The position numbers and the translations under genes are program-made. The notes under the pieces were generated by a model. The model saw nothing but the letters and a program-made list of their open reading frames with translations, did not search any database and had not been told where the DNA came from. From positions 71,114,001 through 71,178,000 of the forward strand of contig NW_027361829.1 of NCBI RefSeq assembly GCF_039654945.1: a stretch of DNA of 64,000 nt. The letters are read 5' to 3'. Shown one piece after another: positions 49,937 to 62,758 of this stretch (its first letter is position 1; each line of letters starts with the position of its first letter). This DNA comes from Dendrobates tinctorius (lineage: Eukaryota).

Positions 49937-50774
49937 CACAAATTTAACAGGGGGAATTTTGTGGCACAGGCCCGTGTCCGATGTAATATTGACGGACGCA
50001 AGCTCCTCGGGATGGGGGGCACACCTGAGAGAACATATGGCCCAAGGGTCCTGGGGGCACATAGAGCAGAAAGCTTCCTCCAACTTAAGAGAGTTGAGAG
50101 CGATAAACAGGGCCCTAGAGGCATTCATTCCCAGGTTACAGGGTCAAAACGTCCGAATTATGTCAGACAACAGGGTGGCAGTGGCGTATGTCAACCACCA
50201 GGGAGGGACAAGGTCAAACTCCCTAATGGACGAAGCCAAAAGAATCTTCCTCAAAGCAGAGCAACACCTAGCCTCCCTAACAGCCCTGCATATCAAAGGG
50301 ACAGAAAATGTTCAAGCCGACTTTTTAAGCCGCAACAAGTTAAAACAGGGAGAGTGGGCCTTGAATCGTGTAATATTCCAGAAGATAGTACAGTTATGGG
50401 GACAGCCAGTAATCGACCTCTTTGCCACCAAAAGCAACCGGCAAGTGAGAAGGTTCTGCTCATTAAACCCAGGGGAAAACCCGTGGGCAGTGGACGCTCT
50501 ACAAATCCCGTGGCTGTTCAAGCTGAGCTATGCCTTTCCCCCAGTAGCGTTAATCCCGGCAGTAGTAAAAAAGATAAGAGACGAGCAAGCCAGAGTAATC
50601 CTCATAGCCCCGTTCTGGCCGAAAAGACCGTGGTTTTCTCTACTACAAATGATGTCTCTCTCGGACCCGTGGGTACTGCCAGAGATTCCAGATTTGTTAG
50701 CTCAGGGGCCGATATTCCACAAACAAGTCAAGGGGCTCCATCTGACGGCGTGGAATTTGAGAGGTCACTTTTGA
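49935..50774 (+). pseudogene. DIRS RNase H + adenine-methyltransferase-like domain (C-terminal part of pol)
   Basis: LTDASSSGWGA, NLRELRA, MSDN, NVQADFLSR; IDLFAT and YAFPP motifs. Confidence 0.92.
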
Positions 50775-51778
50775 GAGAGAAAGGGTTTTCCCCGGGGTTG
50801 GTGACTACTCTAATGAAAAGTAGAAAACCAATAACAACCAACATATATGGCAGAACGTGGAGAAAATTCCTACAATTCCTGGGAAAACCGTTAGGTCAAG
50901 AACCCCCAATCGAGTCCATCTTGGAGTTCTTGCAGGCAGGCCTACAGCTAGGCCTGGCAGTTAATACCCTCAAAGTGCAGGTTTCAGCGCTGGGTGCATT
51001 ATACAATTGCAATATAGCGGCAAACAGATGGGTAGCCAGGTTTATAAAATCTTGCCACAGATCTAGGCCAGTTTCCTTACCAAAAATAGCTCCATGGAAT
51101 CTAAATCTGGTGCTGGAAGCCCTCACGAAAGAGCCGTTTGAACCCATACAGCAGATTTCAACTAAAAATCTCACTCTAAAAACCATCATTTTGGTAGCTC
51201 TAACGTCGGCACGTAGAGTCAGTGACTTACAGGCCCTTTCAGTCAACCCACCATATACCCAGATATACCAGGATAGGGTGGTTATGAGAACAGACCCTGC
51301 TTACTTGCCGAAAGTAGTAACTAACTTTCACCGAAACCAAGAGATTGTCCTCCCTTCCTTTTGCGAGAATCCGAAAAACCCAGGGGAGGAAAAGTTTCAT
51401 AGCCTAGATGTTAAAAGAACCCTAGTAGAGTATATGTCTATAACCAGCCAGTGGAGGAGGTCCCTATTTGTAGCCTTCCAGGGTGCTAGGAAAGGTTATG
51501 GAGTGTCAAAGGGGACTATTGCCCGATGGATTAGGGAGGCCATTAGTGTAGCCTATTCAGCTAGTGGCGTCCCGGTTCCTGACGGCATCAAGGCTCATTC
51601 CACCAGAGCCGTGGCGACCTCTTGGGCTGAGAAAGCAGAGGTATCAATAGAGCAAATTTGTAAGGCCGCTACCTGGGCCTCACCCTCAACTTTCTTTAGA
51701 CACTATAGACTAAATCTGTCCTCCTCTGCTGACTTGACCTTTGGTAGAAGGGTGCTGCAAGCGGTGGTCCCTCCCTAA
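49961..51778 (+). CDS. DIRS tyrosine recombinase (ORF3, overlaps pol; 5' part disrupted by CR1)
   Basis: LTSARRVSDL (R), HSTR (HxxR), ATWASPSTFFRHY (W...Y). Confidence 0.93.
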   Translation: MAQARVRCNIDGRKLLGMGGTPERTYGPRVLGAHRAESFLQLKRVESDKQGPRGIHSQVTGSKRPNYVRQQGGSGVCQPPGRDKVKLPNGRSQKNLPQSRATPSLPNSPAYQRDRKCSSRLFKPQQVKTGRVGLESCNIPEDSTVMGTASNRPLCHQKQPASEKVLLIKPRGKPVGSGRSTNPVAVQAELCLSPSSVNPGSSKKDKRRASQSNPHSPVLAEKTVVFSTTNDVSLGPVGTARDSRFVSSGADIPQTSQGAPSDGVEFERSLLREKGFSPGLVTTLMKSRKPITTNIYGRTWRKFLQFLGKPLGQEPPIESILEFLQAGLQLGLAVNTLKVQVSALGALYNCNIAANRWVARFIKSCHRSRPVSLPKIAPWNLNLVLEALTKEPFEPIQQISTKNLTLKTIILVALTSARRVSDLQALSVNPPYTQIYQDRVVMRTDPAYLPKVVTNFHRNQEIVLPSFCENPKNPGEEKFHSLDVKRTLVEYMSITSQWRRSLFVAFQGARKGYGVSKGTIARWIREAISVAYSASGVPVPDGIKAHSTRAVATSWAEKAEVSIEQICKAATWASPSTFFRHYRLNLSSSADLTFGRRVLQAVVPP

Positions 51779-51798
51779 GGTGTTCGAAGTCTCCAGAA

Positions 51799-51885
51799 TC
51801 TCTCATGTGGTGCTGTCATGGGTGAAGGGAAAACCACCATGGTTACTTACCGGTAGCCGGTTTTTCCGGAACCCATGACAGCACC
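51799..51885. repeat. DIRS internal complementary region (ICR)
   Basis: Joins the complement of the left terminus (…GGGTGAAGGGAAAA) to the complement of the right extension (CCACCATGGTTACTTACCGG…). Confidence 0.93.
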
Positions 51886-52557
51886 CGTACATTCCCCCCC
51901 TTTTTCACCGTTTGGGTGTGCACAATAGTCGGGTGTATTTGTGTGATGTGGTGTTGGATAAAAATGTAACTAACCGGGGAGTCCTCTCAAATGCTCTGTA
52001 ATCCAACTGAAGCGGGGGAGAGGTGCCGCCCCTTATGTTTCAGTAGGTTCCTGTCCTGGCGGGGCGTATCCCTCTCTCATGTGGTGCTGTCATGGGTTCC
52101 GGAAAAACCGGCTACCGGTAAGTAACCATGGTGGTATCCTCCAGATCGCAGCCAGGAAACAAGACAGTCCATCAGATTGCAGCCAATAAACAGTGCAGCC
52201 CACCTCCAAGACCGGTTGCCTTGGGTAACTGCACCGCTGTGTACAATGTGGGTGTCAGGCCTTTCAGCTATCTTGGCTGTTTGGCTCCCCTTGCCTTTGT
52301 TGCCTCACACAAGTGGAGCTCAGCAGACCCTTCTGCTCTGCACTGTTACAAACACCAAACTGACCCTGACACACTCAAACCCTTTACTGCAGGGCTTTTA
52401 ACTGAAATCTGTGGCCATGGGCCACATGGAAAACCTGGGCCGGGAATGAAACAGACTGCACTACTAACATCTGTAGTCTGTTTCAAAACACAAAAGCCCA
52501 GAGCAGGTTTTCCCTAAATCTGCCTTGGACAACTAGCATGTGCAAGACCCACACTTA

Positions 52558-53067
52558 GGCTAGGTTCACATTAGCGTTTGAGTCCGCAGCGTATCATCCG
52601 CATGCGCAAACGCATGCAAAAATGCATGTTTACGCAGCATTTTTATGCTCATCATCTTGCGCATGACGGAAAAACGCTGCGTGTGCATGCGTTTTTGCAT
52701 GTGTTTGCGTTGTTTGTGCGCATGCATTCGATATGACACCAGACAAAAATGGGCGTGTCTCATGGGATTTCTATTTACATTTTGAAGAACGCATGCGTAC
52801 GCATGTCCTTGTGTACCAATGCTTTCCAATAGACAGTAATGCATTTTTTTGACACATTCATCCGCATGCACATACCTGCGCATATTTGACGGATTTTTGA
52901 TGCCTCAAAAGGATGAAACCTGTTGAGTTAGCCGGATACAGCCGCACAGCGTGAAACGACGCATGCGTATGCAAACGCATGTCCCTGCGTACACCATGTT
53001 AAATATATGTACGCATGGCGCATGCGGCTCAAACGCTGCGCACACAAACGCTAATGTGAAACCAGCC
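52558..53067. mobile_element. Harbinger-type MITE
   Basis: GGCTAGGTTCACATTAGCG / CGCTAATGTGAAACCAGCC, TTA TSD. Confidence 0.87.
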
Positions 53068-53653
53068 TTACTTTTACCTTGCATTGCAATCACAGCTACG
53101 CCTGTGACTGCAGTACACTCTCATGGCTTATGTACGCCTCCGTGCGCATCCTGGGGGGAACACGACCCCCACATGTGACACCGGTCACTGCCCAACAGCG
53201 CTTTTTCAATGGCAAGAACATAACAAGATGTTCTCATCACAAACATACACCCCATCGCTACATATGTTAATTCAGCAGTCTCTAAACTCTCATCTGACAT
53301 GTCCGCCTACCCATCCTTTCCTTGTCTGAATTTGGTGGCTTGCAGCCTTCTCATCAGATGGGTCAAGAGACCCTCCTCAGTACAATCGCTGCTTAGCAGA
53401 AGTGAAACCCTCATATGTCAGACATTTATGACCTTTCCTGTTGATAGGCCCATAGGTCTAATTTCTTGTATGGCACATCAGTAAAATATTTGTTAATAGC
53501 TTTATAAATTGTAACAAAATATGCAGTGTAGTTACTGCTTCAGATTTTTGTAATTTTTTTTTCCTCTGGCTGGAATATTACCCAGAGTCACTTATTTTGA
53601 TTAACAACATTTTTGGCCCGTTTATGCCTAAGCCCGGCACAAGCTACTTTATA

Positions 53654-54874
53654 CACTCACTGGCCACTTTATTAGGTACACCTGTCCAACTGTGTGTTAA
53701 GACTTAATTTCTAATCAGCCAATCACATGGCGGCAACTCAGTGCATTTAGGCATGTAGACATGGTCAAGACAATCTCCTGCAGTTCAAACCGAGCATCAG
53801 TATGGGGAAGAAAGGTGATTTGAGTGCCTTTGAACGTGGCATGATTGTTGGTGCCAGAAGGGCTGGTCTGAGAATTTCAGAAACTGCTGATCTACTGGGA
53901 TTTTCACGCACAACCATCTCTAGGGTTTACAGAGAATGGTCCGAAAAAGAAAAAAAATCCAGTGAGCGGCAGTTCTGTGGCCGGAAATGCCATGTTGATG
54001 CCAGAGGTCAGAGGAGAATGGGCAGACTGGTTCGAGCTGATAGAAAGGCAACAGTGACTCAAATTGCCACCCGTTACAACCAAGGTAGGCAGAAGAGCAT
54101 CTCTGAACGCACAGTGCGTCGAACTTTGAGGCAGATGGGCTACAGCAGCAGAAGACCACACTGGGTACCACTCCTCTCAGCTAAGAACAGGAAACTGAGG
54201 CTACAATTTGCACAAGCTCATCGAAATTGGACAGTAGAAGATTGGAAAAACGTTGCCTGGTCTGATGAGTCTCGATTTCTGCTGCGACATTCGGATGGTA
54301 GGGTCAGAATTTGGCGTAAACAACATGAAAGCATGGATCCATCCTGCCTTGTATCAACGGTTCAGGCTGGTGGTGGTGGTGTCATGGTGTGGGGAATTTT
54401 TTCTGGGCACTCTTTGGGCCCCTTGGTACCAATTGAGCATCGTTGCAATGCCACAGCCTACCTGAGTATTGTTGCTGACCATGTCCATCCCTTTATGACC
54501 ACAATGTACCCAACATCTGATGGCTACTTTCAGCAGGATAATGCGCCATGTCATAAAGCTCGAATCATCTCAGATTGGTTTCTTGAACATGACAATGAGT
54601 TTACTGTACTCAAATGGCCTCCTCAGTCACCAGATCTCAATCCAATAGAGCATCTTTGGGATGTGGTGGAACGGGAGATTCGCATCAGGGATGTGCAGCC
54701 GACAAATCTGCGCCAACTGTGTGATGCCATCATGTCAATATGGTCCAAAATCTCTGAGGAATGCTTCCAGCACCTTGTTGAATCTCTGCCACGAAGAATT
54801 GAGGCAGTTCTGAAGGCAAAAGGGGGTCCAACCCCTTACTAGCATGGTGTACCTAATAAAGTGGCCAGTGAGTG
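53654..54874 (+). mobile_element. Intact Tc1-like DNA transposon, DD36E (Incomer-type)
   Basis: Perfect 29-bp TIR CACTCACTGGCCACTTTATTAGGTACACC, TA TSD, 1221 bp. Confidence 0.96.
53802..54842 (+). CDS. Tc1-family transposase, 346 aa, uninterrupted
   Basis: HTH region with [30 protein letters not shown]; 36 residues between the second D and E. Confidence 0.96.
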   Translation: MGKKGDLSAFERGMIVGARRAGLRISETADLLGFSRTTISRVYREWSEKEKKSSERQFCGRKCHVDARGQRRMGRLVRADRKATVTQIATRYNQGRQKSISERTVRRTLRQMGYSSRRPHWVPLLSAKNRKLRLQFAQAHRNWTVEDWKNVAWSDESRFLLRHSDGRVRIWRKQHESMDPSCLVSTVQAGGGGVMVWGIFSGHSLGPLVPIEHRCNATAYLSIVADHVHPFMTTMYPTSDGYFQQDNAPCHKARIISDWFLEHDNEFTVLKWPPQSPDLNPIEHLWDVVEREIRIRDVQPTNLRQLCDAIMSIWSKISEECFQHLVESLPRRIEAVLKAKGGPTPY

Positions 54875-56674
54875 TATATGTGTCACAATGTCTGATTCCC
54901 TCTCCCTGTCGGTGTCCGTGTCCATATAGAGTACTGGTGCTGTTCTGTGTTTCGATCCCTGACTTGTCTTCACGGTATCTGAACGTGACAGATAGCAGAG
55001 CAGGAAGTCACGAGACGTCCCAACGCGGAATCTGCTGGCCTGAAACGTCAAGCACCATTGACTTCTTCCCTCTCCTGTGCTTGACATGATGTTGGCAGGG
55101 GAGTAGTTTTTGCAGAGTTTCGGCATCTCTAATAAATCATATTCAGACCCCTGATTAATGCCCCCTTATCTGTCCGTCCGTTACTACATTTGTGATGTTT
55201 TCCTCTTAGCTCTGTTCTTCGCAATCTGATGTTGCTTTTCTTTGTCCTGTTCCTTGTATTTCCCATGTTGTTCCAATAGTTGGATAATTTTCCGGCTAGA
55301 CCAGTTCTTGCCGAGAAGCTCGCCTTCTGAAGAGATCATTGTTAATGCTTTGAATGCAGGCTTCAGTTTACGAGGTGCTTCTATAGCGGTGCACTGAATT
55401 GTAGTAAATACGGTTAAGATGAATGTCCGCTGACCTTGCCGAGAGCGCTTTTCATTATTTCACTTTTCTTCTGAACTCTTTTATCCAATTTTTCCTGTAA
55501 ATGGTCACTTTGAATAGCAAATCGCCAGTCTAACAATGTAGATGAATAGAAATAATGTGTTTTGAATTTGTTTTGGGCTCCCAGCAATTTGTTTTTATTA
55601 TTTTTTTAAAACTCCCCTTGGGGAGCCATCTTGGAGATGAGCACTTTCTTCTTGTATCTGTCCATATAGTGCAGGAGAAGGTGTGCGCTTTATGACAGCT
55701 GGAAAGAATAGGGGTCCGTTCAGTATCACCGTGCCTGTACCTTTCTTGTCAATTGCAAACCTTGGCAATTGGCAATACAATATGTATTATATGAAATTGG
55801 CCATATAGCAAATTAAAAAAAACAACAACAAAAGAACCAACCAATCAGCTCATTTTTGAACCGTAGAAGTTTTACTGTCCACTTAATAGGGCTTTCACTT
55901 TTATACCTGGCAGTTCCATCAGTCTGGCTGTAGTGTTACAGTGGATTTCCTCCCATTGTAGCCTGGTTGCCTTGATTCCCTCCCTGTGACCAGCAGTTCT
56001 GTGACTTCTGCTCATTTAGCTCCCATTGCAGCATTGGCGGTGGCGTCTGTCAGATGTGTCCTTAGTTTCAGCTTCATGCTGGTATCTCTTTCTCCCAAGC
56101 CATCCTCTGCCTAGTGCCGAGAAGCTCACACCCCATTCAGGTCATCTATTCCGAGGGGACAACTCCTTTAAAAGAATACATAAAAATGTAGGATTTGGCA
56201 TATGTACTGTGTAGCAAAGGTTTTGAACAGTCATACGATCTGATGGATTTGGTTTAAAAGATTAATCTTGTCTTATCAAATTGGTATAGTTACTGTAGTT
56301 AGATAGCATGAAAATAAACAAGTTTGCAATGGACTTGCTTTTTCTACCGGCTTTCATTCTGTTGCTATGAGAGCTTTTGTATTTTATAGTTTACATCTTG
56401 TGGCCAAGGAGACTGGCCACCTAAGTATGTGCAGTAGCTACAGTCCAGGCTGAGGAGTTAACTCTTAAGATCCCATTCACCTCTCAGCAGCCTATTAATT
56501 TCTGACCTGGAGTTTATGTGATCAGTCCTGCAAAATCATAATCTACTAGCACCTGTCACTGCTTCAGAACAGTTCTTCTAGTAAAGGGATAACATTGTGA
56601 CTGATAATATAGTGATAACAGTGTAGACTTCAGGCTAAGCGCACTGACAAAACCTGAGTGTGCACAGTAGCAGA

Positions 56675-56840
56675 CAGGGTTGGACTAACCCACCGGAGAA
56701 ACCTCCGGTGGGCCCTGGCTTCTCCTTCAGGAGAGTTCATACTGCAAGCTTTGCAGTTGCTATGGGGCTCTTCAGTGGGGGAGAAAGGTGGGCCCCCAGA
56801 ATCATTCTCTGGGGGCCCAATGTTCCTCAGTGTGACACTG
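56675..56840. mobile_element. Short hAT-type MITE
   Basis: CAGGGTTGGACT...AGTGTGACACTG; 8-bp TSD GTAGCAGA/ATAGCAGA. Confidence 0.65.
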
Positions 56841-57844
56841 ATAGCAGAGACCTACAGACCAGTACTGTAGGTCAACAATGAAGTGTAGAGATATGTGCAG
56901 CTGAACTTGCATTTTGTGCAAGGCCTCATGAAGGAGCTTAGTGCACAGCAGATTAAGCAGTTGCTTGGGGTCAAAGGACCCAGACCCTCACCAATTTGCT
57001 AAAGGGGCTAGATAATAAATGAGTTGTCTGGTCAGAAAACTTTGATGACCTATCGATATTAAGCTAAGTGGGGGTGCGACACTCGGCACCATCCCTGATA
57101 AGCTGTTACAATTTCCAATGGATGGCTATAAACACATTTAAGAGAGCTGCCTCCATTCATTGTATAGCTGTCTACACCAGGTAGTGCCGATCCGCGTTTA
57201 TTGAAAAGCATGGCCATCGCCGGAGCTTGTAACAGCTATGTGGTGATCGTGCCGGGTGTCAGAACTCTTCACAGATCTGATATTGATGACTATTGATTGG
57301 TATACGACACTGCATTTCATCTTCATTAACCAGACCTCTATTTTCAGTAAACCAGGAGTCATTGACTGTTATCTATATATTGACTTTTGAACGAATGTGA
57401 AAAAAATGTAACCGCACGATTCTTAATATGTATTAGAAAAAGCCTCATGTACATTTTTTGGTGTGTTTTCCCATTGAATTGCAGTAAAATGCACATTTTT
57501 GTCTTTTTATCTTTTACTCTAGTTTTTGATGAACTTTTTGTGTGTAACCGTGCAAAAATACCACTATTTGTAGACCTCTTAAAATATAAAGTATCATAAA
57601 ATGTGACTAAAACGGTATTAAAACAGTTTTTTTTTTTTTTTTTTTGTTTTTTACAATGTTCTTGCAAAACCATTACAAAGAACATGTCTATTGGTATCGG
57701 GTTTTAGATGTGGATTTTTCTGCCTGAAACATTCACATAAAAAAACGTATGAACATATCCTAATAGTTTGCTCAGCAGATATCTCCTCCTTGGCCTCATT
57801 CAGACGTCCATTTTTCTTCACATATGCAAAAAAGTGATTTCAGA

Positions 57845-57945
57845 TTCATTGTGAGCCCCATCGGGGACAGCGATGATGATGTGTGCCAACTGTAAAGCGC
57901 TGCGGAATATGTTAGCGCTATATAAAAATAAAGATTATTATTCTT
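57845..57945 (+). mobile_element. SINE/L2 3' tail fragment
   Basis: ATTGTGAGCCCCATCGGGGACAG...TGTAAAGCGCTGCGG...GCGCTATATAAAAATAAAGATTATTATT. Confidence 0.75.
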
Positions 57946-58916
57946 CTTCTTCAGTCTTTGGTCTGTGTGTGTTAGGTTTTACATATGGATAACTAAATGA
58001 CCAAACTACTATACACGTGTATTGGAACTCTTCATCTCTGATGCTAATAAAAAACGGACATGTCTCTTTGATTTTTGCACTGAAACACTGTCCACAAAAA
58101 AAACACGTATGTGTGAGCAGCCCCATAGACTAGAATATCCAAAATCATGGACAGAACACAGATGTGAAAAACTTGCAGTGATAGATGTTGGTACACCTCT
58201 GCAGGGTCAGATTTACCATGGGGAAACAATGTTTTTTGCATTTTCTGCCGTATTCCTTCTGCTCGGGAAACAATGCTGCTAAATATAGACAGGACATATT
58301 GTGTCATTGTATGCGGATACTTCGTCTCCTTGGCTCCTAACCAACAAGATACGGGCGGAAGATGTTGCATTTACAAGAAGCGTACACAGAGATTAGATCT
58401 TAATGGGGTGAGCGCAGTATAAGGCCAAAGATCCACTTTATGACCATACGCGAATCATTGAGCCACCATCATCATCATTTCATTACTCCGTTGGAGGCTG
58501 TGTCCTGAAAACATGATGATAATTTAGTTTGGGTGCATTTAAATTAGTCGCGTTACGGTGTTAAATGACCCAATCGGTTCCATATAGGCGGCTGAGCAGT
58601 GATTTGCCAACCTGCTTAGAGAGGCCAGCCGCACGTTCCATGCACACGCAGAGCGATCGTAATAAATGGTTCCGTGTACATAGAATATTGCTGCTTTTGT
58701 GTGGCACATACCGGTTACACAGGAGGATGTGCAGCTGAGAACTATGTTTTTTAAGCGTAAAAATAATTGATTTGGACAAGCTCTTTGGGCAAGCAGTCTT
58801 TTTATACTGGCTCATTATTGGGAAACGAGTGCTCGTTCCCAATTATGGGCTTGGATAATTGCACCCTTAGAATTCTGTTCTTACCTTTTATTGTAAAGAT
58901 ATCAGATAATCACTTA

Positions 58917-59346
58917 GGCTGCCTTCACATTTGCGTATGGAGGAGCTGCGATCGTCTGCTTACTTCCACCGTGAAACTACTCCGGTCAGCTCCGCCTATG
59001 TACGCATACTTTTGGATGCGGCCTGTGTACCCTATCTTTAACATTGGGTACGCAGGTCGTGCGGATGTATGCGGATGCCTTCGCATGAGTCGTTTTGACG
59101 ATGCGGCGCCTGCATAAAATTCCAACATGATGCGTTTGGCGCGGGTCGCCGCATCGGCAAAACGACGCATGCGAAGGCATCCACATACATCCGCACGACC
59201 TGCGTACCCAGTGTTAAAGATAGGGTACGCAGGCCGCATGCGGACGTAGGCGGAGCTGACTGGAGGAGGTGCGGCCATGGGCGGAGCTTCACGGAGGAAG
59301 TCCGCAGACGGCTGCAGATCCTCCATACGCAAATGTGAACCTAGCC
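58917..59346. mobile_element. Harbinger-type palindromic MITE
   Basis: GGCTGCCTTCACATTTGCGTATGGAGGA / TCCTCCATACGCAAATGTGAACCTAGCC, TTA TSD. Confidence 0.87.
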
Positions 59347-60743
59347 TTATTTTGTCAAACATGTCATCCTCAATCCTCCATAATTTAGTGTGCTTTAGCA
59401 TAGGTGCAAGCTTTACCCAATTTCCTTGGACTCCTGGACTGAAATGGGGTAGGTTTCATGTAAACCCCACCCAAACATGCTTTTCTGGGTAGGGAGAGAG
59501 GAGGCTACTGTGGTTTCAGGGCGCGTAAGTAGCTGCTAGATGTATAAGGCACAGCTTATTTTACACGGTGATAATAGGATAAAGCCTGACCTATCCATGT
59601 TTTCGTAATGCCATCCACACACTTTACAGGGAACAGGGACTTGATGGCACAGACGGCTCTCCATAGCCTGCCATGTTGAACTCCTTGTCTGGTTACGCTG
59701 TTGAGTTAACTGATGTATTGTGTTGATGAAGAGACCATGAAACTCCATTGGCACATGCAGGATTCATGAGATTTAGGCCATATGTTTACACGTTGCTTTT
59801 TTGGTGCTTTTTTTTCTACAGCCAAAAGCTGATCTCTTAGAAGTAAAATACCTGCAGACTAACACCACCTTTTGTTGACTTTTATTGCTGCGTTTTATGT
59901 ATCCCAAAGTTCAGCTTTGCTTCAACCATACAAGCATGAGCAACACAAGGTATTAGGTCACCCATGCAAGACGTATGTGACACCATAAAACACTTGATCA
60001 AATCACTTGGTGGAATAGATTTTTTTGCCTGAAAAAAGTGACTATTCTGAACAAAAAAGTACATTAGTTCATGAAAAAATACACAACTGCTAGCGTAAAA
60101 ACAGTGTGGGGAGTTGAATTGGTCTGGAATAGTTTACCTAAGACATTGGCAGAGCTTTTTGTAGGTCGGGCACTGTTGCGTTCACACGTTGGTCGGCCCT
60201 TGAGTTGGTCAGGTATTGTTCAATTTAAACATTGGTCAGGCAATGTTTAATTTACACACATCACTAATTTAATTAAACTGTACTAATCCTGACTGCCATT
60301 CTCTGGCAAGGAGACCAAGACATTTTGGTTTAAACTTGAGAAAATCACACGAATAATTGGATTTCACATCCTGCTATATCGTCTGATTTTTTTCCACTAA
60401 AAATGCACCAAAAACTAATGGCAACATTTTTGTTGCTTTTTGTTTTTTACACTTGCCCATTGCTTTCTATGGGTGAAAAAACACTTCATAAATGCTGAAA
60501 GAATTGGCATGCTGCAGTTTAAAAAAGCAACAGTTTTCCAATTCAGTCAGGAAAAAAACAAAACAAAGAGTGTATATTAAATTTCTGAACTCTCATAGCT
60601 TTTGCTGGTACTGTCTAAAAAGCAGCTTTTAATTTGCGTAAAAATGCAACATGTGAACATAGCCCGAGAGAGAGAAATCCTATACTATATTGCCTGAGCA
60701 TAGACTACTGCCGAGGTCCCCAGCTGTTTTGTAGGTTTTCAAC

Positions 60744-61373
60744 CAGGGCTGTGGAGTCGGTAAGCCAAACCTGCGACTCCGACTCCTCAATTTCCCTTAC
60801 ACCGACTCCAACTCCGACTCCACGACTCCGACTCCCACACATATTGCTTATATTTAAGTGAAAAATGTATTGTAGTACAATGTGAACCTCAGACATTTAA
60901 TCATTTTTATGATCCAATAATCAAGATATTTAGAACAGAATATATATTGGTGTACTACCCGGTTTTCATTCTTTTTGGTACAGATACGATATGGATAGAC
61001 AGATATGGATAAATGGATAGATAGAGCAGATTTCTAATCTGCTTTTGCTATTGAAAACATTATCTATGAGCTCAAAAACCTTTCAGGTGATGCAGTTTTT
61101 TAAAAAGCTGATCTGCTTTTGCAACTGAAAAACGTATCCTCAAAAAACACAGGAAAAACGCTGTGTGTGAATGTAGCCTTAGATCAGGAATATAACAGCC
61201 ATTTATAGGACATTTCATAACTTTCCCAAACTCCTATGAAAAAATATTCAGCACATCCTGCATTGAATTACTGTACCCAATTTATTATATATTTTAGGAG
61301 TCGGAGTCGGTCCATTTTATACCGACTCCACCAAAATGAGCACCGACTCCACGACTCCGACTCCACAGCCCTG
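60744..61373 (+). mobile_element. Non-autonomous hAT element with subterminal CCGACT repeats
   Basis: TIR CAGGGCTGTGGAGTCGG / CCGACTCCACAGCCCTG; perfect 8-bp TSD TTTTCAAC. Confidence 0.92.
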
Positions 61374-61428
61374 TTTTCAACCACTTAGAAATAAATCTGG
61401 TTATGGTCAGTCATATTAGTATTAGATA

Positions 61429-62758
<1,330 letters not shown>

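Larger units (their letters stand above)
44400..52135 (+). mobile_element. DIRS1-type tyrosine-recombinase retrotransposon, full length, interrupted by CR1
   Basis: Inverted terminal repeats 44400-44504 / 52003-52135, ICR 51799-51885, gag, RT/RNase H/MT and YR ORFs, no TSD. Confidence 0.96.
44289..53261. mobile_element. Possible solo LTR (TGTAG...CTACA) that hosts the DIRS element and a MITE
   Basis: TGTAGT start and GCTACA end, LTR-like composition on both sides of DIRS; no matching TSD seen. Confidence 0.4.

Noticed and set aside
55668-55807. Possible exon after a pyrimidine tract
   Set aside because: No strong donor and no recognisable peptide
58925-59401. 158-aa ORF with an internal repeat
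   Set aside because: Artefact of a palindromic MITE
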